Shown one piece after another: positions 24,021-30,878 of a DNA stretch of 32,000 nucleotides. How positions within the stretch are numbered: the first letter of the stretch is position 1; each line of letters starts with the position of its first letter. The translations under genes were made by a program, and so were the position numbers. The stretch is from NCBI RefSeq assembly GCF_000007985.2, contig NC_002939.5:3180001-3212000 (forward strand), in the 5' to 3' direction. This DNA comes from Geobacter sulfurreducens PCA. Lineage in GTDB: Bacteria; Desulfobacterota; Desulfuromonadia; Geobacterales; Geobacteraceae. A model generated the notes under the pieces. The model saw only the letters and a program-made list of their open reading frames with translations, did not search any database and was not told the DNA's origin.

Positions 24021-26518
24021 GGCGTCCCTCCGTTTGCCGGCCCAACCGGGCCCGGCTTGTCCAGCCAGGGCTCGTAGAGGACCATGCCGATGCCCGGCTC
24101 CTGGCGGCCGTCAAAGATCGTCCCGCCCGGATCCCCCTCGCCCCACCAGTTGCCCCGGGCGTTCACGTCCTGGTCGTTGAAATCGCCGATCCGCATGTTG
24201 TAGCCGCTGTTGCCCACGAGACTGTTGCCCGTCACCGTCAGCCCGCCCCCCTTCTCCCGCACGAAGATCCCCGTTTCATTCGCCGTGATCAGGTTCTCCG
24301 CGATGAGGGCGTTGCCGATGTACGAGCGGATGCCGATGGTGTTGTCCCGAAAGATCGAGCGGCGGATCCGGACCGGGCCGCTTCTGAAGCGCATGCCGCC
24401 GTAATTGTGCCGAATCAGGCAATCGGTGACGGCGAGATCCGTGAAATGACTGTGAATGCCCCAGGTGGCGTACTCGACGATGCAGTTGGAGATGACGCTT
24501 CCCGTGGCGTATTCCAGCAGGATTTCGTTCCAGTCGGAGGGCCCTTTGCGGTCGACTGAGGTGAACCGGATCGTGCCGTCCCGTTGTCCCGATGCAAGGA
24601 GCTTGCCCTTGATCTCAAGGCCGGTGCCGGCGGCGAACTGCACCGTTGTTCCCGGGGCAACGGTCAGGGCCGCGCCGGGGAGTACCGTCGTGGGGACGGC
24701 CACGGTGATGACGCCGCGCCAGACCGTATCGGCGGCCACGGTCGCCAGCGGCCAGACAAAGGGGGTGGGAGCGGCCCCCGGCCGGCCGTAATCGACACGC
24801 CCCAGCCGCGGATCGTCCCGCTGGTCGTTGATCACCAGGGCCGGGTCCCGTCCCCCCCACCAGTTGCCGGGGGCGGAAACATCGCCGCTACCGTCCAGAT
24901 CGATGGCATAGAGACCGTTCCCGGCGAAATTGTTGCCGCTGATGATCCCGGCAAAGGACAGGATTCCCATCCCCCGTTCGCCGTTGTCGGCAATCAGGTT
25001 CCCCGTGATCAGGGAGCCGGAATCCTGGATGTTGAAGCCGCTCAGGCCGTTGGCCGTCACCGCGTTGCCTGCGAACTCGACAGAGTCGACGTTTTTCAGG
25101 GAGATGCCCGTTTCGGCGTTGCCGGAGATGCTGTTGCGGTTGACCTCGCCGTGGTAGAGATCGGCCGCCATGAGGCCGAACCGGTTGCCGTCGAACAGGT
25201 TCTCCCTGACCGTTACCGCTCCTTCGCGCAGGCGGAGCCCTTCCCTGCCGTTGGCCACGATCCTGTTCCCGCGGACCGTGAGGGTGGTGCGGAAGAAATT
25301 CCCTCCCACCTGGTTGCCGCAGAGCAGGTTGTCCACCAGTTCAACCTCAGAATCGCGCCCCTGAACCCCGCTCTTATTGCCGCAAAGGGTGTTGCCGTGC
25401 AAGGCCACCACCGACTCCTGGAACTGGATGCCGCGGTAATTGTTCGTGAGGGTGGTGTTGTGGATCGCCACCGTGGAGAAGTGGAAGTGAAGTCCCCGGT
25501 AGGCGTGCTCAATCCGGCAGTGTTCCACCAGGTTCTGGCCTGCCGAGCTGTTCATGATGTTGACGGCATCCCAGTCGCCCATGCGCCGGTCCTTTTCGGC
25601 GGAACGGAAGGTGATGGGCCGGTCGGGAGTCCCCTTGGCCAAAAGGCGCCCCTGGATCATGATCCCGTTTTCGCCGATGCCGTCGCCGTTGGTGTCCCGC
25701 CGGGTAAACTCGACGATCGTTCCCGGCAGGATGACCAGGCGGCTCCCCTCCGGCACCCTCACCGTGCCGTCCACCAGGATTCTCCCCTGCCACAGGGTCT
25801 CGCCCAGCAGGACCATGTCCTGGTACCGGCGGCTGACCGGCGCCTCCTCGTTGACCGGCGGCCCCTTCGGCAGGGTGTGGGGCCGGACCGCTGCCGTGTG
25901 GGCGTCTTTCTTCCGGTTGCGGGCCACCTCGGTGGCATGGGCGGTCACCCGGGCACCCTGAAGGGATAGGACGCCGTAATCGTTCTCGATGATCCTCGCC
26001 CCCTCCACCGTGATCCGCGACGCTGCCCCCTGCGCCACCAGGCCGTACCGGTTTTCCCGAAGCGTCGACGAGGAGAGATGCAGCGTCCCCTCCGCCACGG
26101 AGATCCCGCTGTCGGCGTCGGCGACCAGGCATTCCCTGATGGCGGCGGTGCCGCCGTCGATGAGGATTCCCGCCCAGCTTCCCGCCCTCTTCTCCTGGCC
26201 GGAAAACCGGACCGGAGCCGTCACGGTGCCCTCAACCGCCAGCCTCCCCCGGATGGTTATCTCCGTGAGGGGCGAGAGATATTCGGGGTCGGTCTTGGTG
26301 CTTTCCGCGGCCGCGACCGTGACGACGGTGCCGGCCCGGACGGTCAGGGTGACCCCCTCGGGCACGACGACGTCTTCCGTGACCGTGACGTTCCCCTGCC
26401 AGACCGTATCGGACGTTATCACCCCGGCGATCGCGCCGGCGGGGAGGCCGAACAGCAGGGCGGACAGCAGCGTCAGGGAAAGGGCGGCGATTCTGGCGAG
26501 CGACATGGGTTCGAGCAT
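24017..26518 (-). CDS. Secreted right-handed parallel beta-helix repeat protein (NosD/CASH-like), 833 aa, three internal modules
   Basis: Signal peptide (LTLLSALLFGLPAGAIAG). Many PbH1-type repeats (N.I..N...GI.......I..N). The cap motif DTVW.G.(I/V)TV....V.PG..LTV.(P/A)GT.V.(F/V) occurs three times. Confidence 0.8.
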   Translation of the reverse strand: MLEPMSLARIAALSLTLLSALLFGLPAGAIAGVITSDTVWQGNVTVTEDVVVPEGVTLTVRAGTVVTVAAAESTKTDPEYLSPLTEITIRGRLAVEGTVTAPVRFSGQEKRAGSWAGILIDGGTAAIRECLVADADSGISVAEGTLHLSSSTLRENRYGLVAQGAASRITVEGARIIENDYGVLSLQGARVTAHATEVARNRKKDAHTAAVRPHTLPKGPPVNEEAPVSRRYQDMVLLGETLWQGRILVDGTVRVPEGSRLVILPGTIVEFTRRDTNGDGIGENGIMIQGRLLAKGTPDRPITFRSAEKDRRMGDWDAVNIMNSSAGQNLVEHCRIEHAYRGLHFHFSTVAIHNTTLTNNYRGIQFQESVVALHGNTLCGNKSGVQGRDSEVELVDNLLCGNQVGGNFFRTTLTVRGNRIVANGREGLRLREGAVTVRENLFDGNRFGLMAADLYHGEVNRNSISGNAETGISLKNVDSVEFAGNAVTANGLSGFNIQDSGSLITGNLIADNGERGMGILSFAGIISGNNFAGNGLYAIDLDGSGDVSAPGNWWGGRDPALVINDQRDDPRLGRVDYGRPGAAPTPFVWPLATVAADTVWRGVITVAVPTTVLPGAALTVAPGTTVQFAAGTGLEIKGKLLASGQRDGTIRFTSVDRKGPSDWNEILLEYATGSVISNCIVEYATWGIHSHFTDLAVTDCLIRHNYGGMRFRSGPVRIRRSIFRDNTIGIRSYIGNALIAENLITANETGIFVREKGGGLTVTGNSLVGNSGYNMRIGDFNDQDVNARGNWWGEGDPGGTIFDGRQEPGIGMVLYEPWLDKPGPVGPANGGTP

Positions 26519-26533
26519 AGTCTCACAAAAAGC

Positions 26534-26571
26534 AAAAGAGGTGCCGACGAATACGGTTCGGCACCTCTTTT
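26534..26571 (-). terminator. Strong rho-independent terminator/attenuator hairpin after small ORF A
   Basis: Perfect 14-bp stem AAAAGAGGTGCCGA / TCGGCACCTCTTTT (26534-26547 pairs with 26558-26571) and a 10-nt loop. On the minus strand it is followed by GCTTTTTGTG. It starts 19 nt after the TGA of ORF A and ends 15 nt before the ATG of the beta-helix gene. Confidence 0.75.
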
Positions 26572-26590
26572 AGGGATTGTGATCGGTTTC

Positions 26591-26653
26591 TCAGCAGGGA
26601 TGAACCACTGCGCTCCCGACAACCCTCGGACGAATATAGCTTTTTTTCTTCAC
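26591..26653 (-). CDS. Small ORF A, 20 aa: MKKKSYIRPRVVGSAVVHPC (GTG start; hidden as the tail of the 91-aa track ORF)
   Basis: AAGGAGGA (26661-26668) lies 7 nt upstream of GTG AAG AAA AAA AGC TAT ATT CGT CCG AGG GTT GTC GGG AGC GCA GTG GTT CAT CCC TGC TGA. A paralog with the same length and the same start and stop positions lies at 2624-2686. Followed by a perfect hairpin. Confidence 0.7.
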   Translation of the reverse strand: MKKKSYIRPRVVGSAVVHPC

Positions 26654-26795
26654 CTGATTTTCCTCCTTTGTTTCCGTGCGTACCGCACTCTGTGCATCTG
26701 CCGGGAACGACCTTCCGGCCGATGCCCTTATCGTTCCGGTGCCGGGCTCGCAGCCGCCGATGATTTCGCCGGCTGCCCTGCTCCGGTCTCGCCTG

Positions 26796-29700
26796 CTACT
26801 TGTCGTCGGACCAGCGCGGCGTCGGCTGGAAGTGGCAACTGACGTTCCAGCAACTGCCGGTGGCATCCGGGGACTGCTTCGAGTACCACTGTCCCTTATC
26901 AGCGTTGAACTTGTACGTCGGATCGATCTTCACGTTCACTGCCGACTTCTTCTGCTGGGTGCTGCCGCCGGCCCAGACCGACTCGTCGCCCACGTGGGCC
27001 GCGGCACCGTCGTAGTGGCAGGTGAGGCATGGGGTGAAGCCCTGGGACGGCCGCAGGTTCGACATGAGGTGACCCAGCTTCACGTGGGCGCCGCCGCCGC
27101 CCGAGTAGTTCTCGAGACGTGCCGTCGAGTAGTTGGCCTGGCTGGCAACGAAGCCCTTGGGTGTCGGCGGGTAGCCGTGACACTCGTCGCAAGCCTTAGG
27201 CTTGAAGGCAAACGTGTTGCGGTGGGAGTGGCAGTTCAGGCAGCCGGTTGTGGGGTGGCCGGATCCTTCGTTGACGCCGCGCCGATAATGGCTCGTTTTG
27301 GTGTGGCAGGTCTGGCATACGCCGCGGTACGGAGCCTGTAGCTGCACGAGATCGGCCGTGGTGGCATAGCTGATGGTGGAGGTCAGTGCCCCGAAAACAA
27401 GGGTGGTCCGGACCATGGCCCGGTTGCCGGTGCCGTGGACGTCATGGCAGGTCTTGCACTCCATGGTGTAGTTGCCCAGGTCCACGGCATGGCGGGTCAC
27501 GTTGCGCCTGGTGGCGGTGGGGACCTTGATGGCGTCATTGTGGCAGCCTGCGCAGAGGGTGTAGTCGTTCACGGCGATCCGCTTCTGGTCGCCCGAAGTG
27601 CCGTTGATGTGCCCGCTGTCGGCATCGTGACAGCTTGCGCACTGGCGGCTGGCGTTGAAGCCGGCCCCGGCCTGGCCGTGGCCGCTGGCGGTGAAATTCG
27701 TTTTTGCCGGTGCGGTCTTGCCGCCGATGACCGAGAGGAGCCCCGTGTGACAACTTTCGCAGGTCACGCGGCCCGAGGTCCAGGTGGCGCCGTTCTTGTG
27801 GCAACTGGACGTACAGTTGGCCGAAACCACCTGGACGGAGCCGTTCACGTGGGTGATCGCCGTTGAGGTCGTGTAGGTGTGGCAGCTCTGGCAGGCGGAT
27901 ACCGTTGCCCCCAGGATGGCCTTGGGACCATAGCCGAGGGTCAGGTGGGCCGCGTGGCCGTTGGTCCCGATGGTCTGGGCGCTCGTGGCGGCGATGGTGG
28001 GGGTGGCGTAGTGGCACTTACCGCACGCGCCGGTCGTCGGATCGACCCACTGGGGAGTCGTCACCGGCGCGCCGCCGCGGCCGTCGCCGTGGCATCCGGC
28101 AACGCTGCAGGTCGCCGTGTTCACATTGTAGGTACCGCTGCCGACGTTGATGGTTCCCCGGGCGACGCCGTTGAAGACGACGGTTTTCACGCCATCCACG
28201 TGGACCGATTTGTCCTTGATGGTGGAGGGGCCGCTGAGCGTCGCGTAGTGGCAGTTCTGGCAGTTCATGATCCCTGCGTTGAAGTGGGCCGGGTGGGCGT
28301 TGGTCAGGGGAAATGCCGCGTGGCACGAACTGCAGCCCGACAGCTTGCCCACGCCGTTGCCCCACGTGAACGTCGTATTGCCCGGCGCGCCGACCACGGC
28401 CTGCAGCGAAGCGTTGCGGGGAGCGCCGTCCGAGTGGCAGTAGGTCGCCGTACAGGTGCCGTTGCCGGCCGGGTTGTAGGTGGGGTTGGCGCCGGAGCCG
28501 ATACTGGCGATGATGCCGGTCTTGTCGACGAACACATCCTGGAACGTGCCGGTATTGTGACTGAAGCCCTTGTGGCACTGGTCGCACGCTATGCTGTAGT
28601 TGGCACCGCCGCCGGCATGCCGGGCGTGGGGGGTCTGGGTTTCGTTCTTGAACACACCGGAGGTTGAATAGTCACGAACGCCGTCCTTGCCGTAGCCCGA
28701 AGGCCCGCCGGCCGTGTTGACGGTGGGGGGGAAGCCGTGGCACTGGGTACAGTTGGCCGAAAAGCCCTGGGAGTGGGTGTGGCAGCTCCGGCAGTCGGCT
28801 GCGTTGGTGCTCGAGTGCTGCCCGATGGTTCCCGGCAGGGGCGAGTGGCAGGCCAGGCAGACGCCGAAGGCATCCTTGTTCCAGTTTTTCCGGGTAACCG
28901 AGGTGTACTGGTACATGACCTTGGCGTTGCGGACCGCTCCGTACTGGGTGGAGATGTTCATGTACCGGTTGATGAGATAGGCGTTGGGGGCGGTCCCGTC
29001 AGCCTCGTCCACGTGGCCGCCGTGGCAGTCGGCGCACTGGACGTTCTGGTTCTTGGTGCCGTTGTGGTTCTTGACGCGGGCAGTGGTGTTTGCCGGGTCG
29101 TCGGCCGACTTGTGGCAGTTGGTGCAGATGTTGGGATCGCTGACGGTCCTTCCCTTCAGGTCCGTGCGCAGCAGCATGCCCCGGGACGTGGAAAGGAGCC
29201 CCATCCGGGCGCTTGATGCATTGTCGAAGGTGCGGCTGTTGGAGTCGGTGTAGTGCACCCCGTGACAGGTGGTGCAGACGACCGCGCCGCTGCGCGACAT
29301 CCTCATGGCCGATGTGGGGTTGGCCGGGTTGCTGTTGCGCGGCGGGCTGTAGAATTCGTCGGGCCGGGCCGCGGCCTTGGTCGAGTAGTTCACCGTGACG
29401 GGGTGGGATCCCCTGGTGTGGTCAACGGTCTTGCGGGGCCGGTGGCAGTCGAGGCAGAGCTGGTCCTCGTCGTTGCGCACCCGGAGGAACGGTTTCGAGT
29501 TGTAGGCCGATGAATAGAGGTCGTGGATGTTGTGGCAGCGGGCGCAGGACACGGTTCCGATGAGGAGCGACTTGGTGAGCCTGACGTCCGTGGGAGCCAC
29601 CGCGCCCGCCTTGGGCACCACGTCCTTGCCGATCCAGTTGTGGGAGGTCTGGTACGTCACCGCCGGCCGGGCACTCGTCCAGGTGCGGAAGGGGTTGGCG

Positions 29701-29936
29701 AAGTCGGTCATGGCAAAGGGCTTGCCTGAGCCGTAGGGATCGCTCGGGTTGTGGCAGGTGAGGCAGACGTTGTTGTACCCCGTGGAACCGAGGGTGCTGT
29801 GAACGGTATGGCAGGAGGAACACTTGTAGCCCTTGACGCTGCCGAGTTCGTGGGGATAGTCGATGGCCCACGCGGCGATCGGGACGAAGAGCGTCACTAA
29901 TGCCGTGACGAAAGTCCTCTGTAGTATTCCGTTCAT
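26796..29936 (-). CDS. Multihaem c-type cytochrome, 1046 aa (23 CxxCH + 4 Cx3-4CH)
   Basis: Signal peptide MNGILQRTFVTALVTLFVPIAAWA. Haem motifs counted by hand, including CTATYCHSDG, CSVAGCHGDG and CWNVSCH. GGGAG SD before the ATG at 29936. Confidence 0.93.
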   Translation of the reverse strand: MNGILQRTFVTALVTLFVPIAAWAIDYPHELGSVKGYKCSSCHTVHSTLGSTGYNNVCLTCHNPSDPYGSGKPFAMTDFANPFRTWTSARPAVTYQTSHNWIGKDVVPKAGAVAPTDVRLTKSLLIGTVSCARCHNIHDLYSSAYNSKPFLRVRNDEDQLCLDCHRPRKTVDHTRGSHPVTVNYSTKAAARPDEFYSPPRNSNPANPTSAMRMSRSGAVVCTTCHGVHYTDSNSRTFDNASSARMGLLSTSRGMLLRTDLKGRTVSDPNICTNCHKSADDPANTTARVKNHNGTKNQNVQCADCHGGHVDEADGTAPNAYLINRYMNISTQYGAVRNAKVMYQYTSVTRKNWNKDAFGVCLACHSPLPGTIGQHSSTNAADCRSCHTHSQGFSANCTQCHGFPPTVNTAGGPSGYGKDGVRDYSTSGVFKNETQTPHARHAGGGANYSIACDQCHKGFSHNTGTFQDVFVDKTGIIASIGSGANPTYNPAGNGTCTATYCHSDGAPRNASLQAVVGAPGNTTFTWGNGVGKLSGCSSCHAAFPLTNAHPAHFNAGIMNCQNCHYATLSGPSTIKDKSVHVDGVKTVVFNGVARGTINVGSGTYNVNTATCSVAGCHGDGRGGAPVTTPQWVDPTTGACGKCHYATPTIAATSAQTIGTNGHAAHLTLGYGPKAILGATVSACQSCHTYTTSTAITHVNGSVQVVSANCTSSCHKNGATWTSGRVTCESCHTGLLSVIGGKTAPAKTNFTASGHGQAGAGFNASRQCASCHDADSGHINGTSGDQKRIAVNDYTLCAGCHNDAIKVPTATRRNVTRHAVDLGNYTMECKTCHDVHGTGNRAMVRTTLVFGALTSTISYATTADLVQLQAPYRGVCQTCHTKTSHYRRGVNEGSGHPTTGCLNCHSHRNTFAFKPKACDECHGYPPTPKGFVASQANYSTARLENYSGGGGAHVKLGHLMSNLRPSQGFTPCLTCHYDGAAAHVGDESVWAGGSTQQKKSAVNVKIDPTYKFNADKGQWYSKQSPDATGSCWNVSCHFQPTPRWSDDK

Positions 29937-29972
29937 GGTTGGCTCCCGAATAAACTAAACAAGACAGTACAA

Positions 29973-30812
29973 TTACTTGTTATGGCAGGCGAGGCACATG
30001 GCACTCCCCTCATTGCTGCGGGTGAGGAAGGGCGTCAGGGATTTGTCCCCCACGCCGGTATCCTGCCGATCATAGGTGTAACCGTAAGCCACGTGGGGGT
30101 CGTGGCAGGTGGAACACTCCATCCGGTCGCGGTTGGGACCGAAGAACCGCAGACCCTGGGACTTGGGGGTCTCAATGGGCCTCAGCGACGAGAGCCCCGC
30201 ATCCACCTTTTCCTGGTAGGCGGCGGCATAGGAGAAGGAGATGGGGTGATCGTCCATGAGGTTGCTCCCCGCATAGGGGTCCGCATCGGTCTTCCCCAGG
30301 TTAGCCCGGTACCCGCTGCCGAACATGGGAAGGTTGAGGGAGAAGTCCCCGGTCGGATGCGCGCCGAAGGGGTCGTCGTAGTCTCCCCCGATGTCGACTT
30401 TCTGGTCGCTGCCCACGGCAATCCCGTAGTTGCCGGTATGGATGACGTTGATGGCGGTCCTGCCGTCATGGCAGGAGAGGCAGAGCAGGGACTCGGGTCC
30501 CGGCGCAGTCACCGCTTTGGCCGTATTCGTCAAGGTTGCCGATGATGTGTACATTTTAAATGTCTGTGTCGGCATGACCTTGTTCCAGAGCGGCTTGGCC
30601 GGCTCTGAATAGTGCGGCGTATGGCAGAAAATGCAGACCTGATCGACACCGAGGCTCACGAAATGGCGCTGGCCCTGGGTGAGCCCACTGCCCGCATCCG
30701 TATTGTTGGACATATTGTGTGCCGTCCAGCGGATATTGTTGTTCCCCGCGTAGACAGCCGTCCAGGCCGTCATCACCATCCCTAGTATCACCGCTTGCAC
30801 AACACTCTTCAT
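29973..30812 (-). CDS. Tetrahaem c-type cytochrome, 279 aa
   Basis: Signal peptide, then four CxxCH motifs (CIFCHTPH, CLSCHDG, CSTCHDPH, CLACHNK) arranged as paired motifs. Stop lies 36 nt before the start of the 1046-aa cytochrome. Confidence 0.9.
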   Translation of the reverse strand: MKSVVQAVILGMVMTAWTAVYAGNNNIRWTAHNMSNNTDAGSGLTQGQRHFVSLGVDQVCIFCHTPHYSEPAKPLWNKVMPTQTFKMYTSSATLTNTAKAVTAPGPESLLCLSCHDGRTAINVIHTGNYGIAVGSDQKVDIGGDYDDPFGAHPTGDFSLNLPMFGSGYRANLGKTDADPYAGSNLMDDHPISFSYAAAYQEKVDAGLSSLRPIETPKSQGLRFFGPNRDRMECSTCHDPHVAYGYTYDRQDTGVGDKSLTPFLTRSNEGSAMCLACHNK

Positions 30813-30878
30813 CCGTGCGACCTCGTTCCGTATATATCCATCTTCAGGCTGCGTCCCGGCACCAATCCGGCCCGCTCA

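Noticed and set aside
26534-26593. TGA of small ORF A as selenocysteine, with the downstream hairpin as a bacterial SECIS. This would give ...HPC-U-ETDHNP, with the hairpin loop about 33 nt after the UGA and a YedE-type selenium-related transporter in the cluster.
   Set aside because: The paralogous ORF B ends at exactly the same position with TAG, which cannot encode Sec. Sequence after the two stops is not conserved in frame. The hairpin has flanking A and T runs typical of an intrinsic terminator. A Sec reading remains testable but is not supported.
26591-26866. The 91-aa track ORF taken at full length, and likewise the 407-aa version of the ankyrin ORF (1447-2670).
   Set aside because: The N-terminal part of the 91-aa ORF overlaps the 3' end of the cytochrome gene and is R/S/G-rich with no SD. 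The SD and the paralog define a 20-codon gene. The 407-aa ankyrin form would run through small ORF B and its hairpin, whereas Met62 has an SD and starts a signal peptide.
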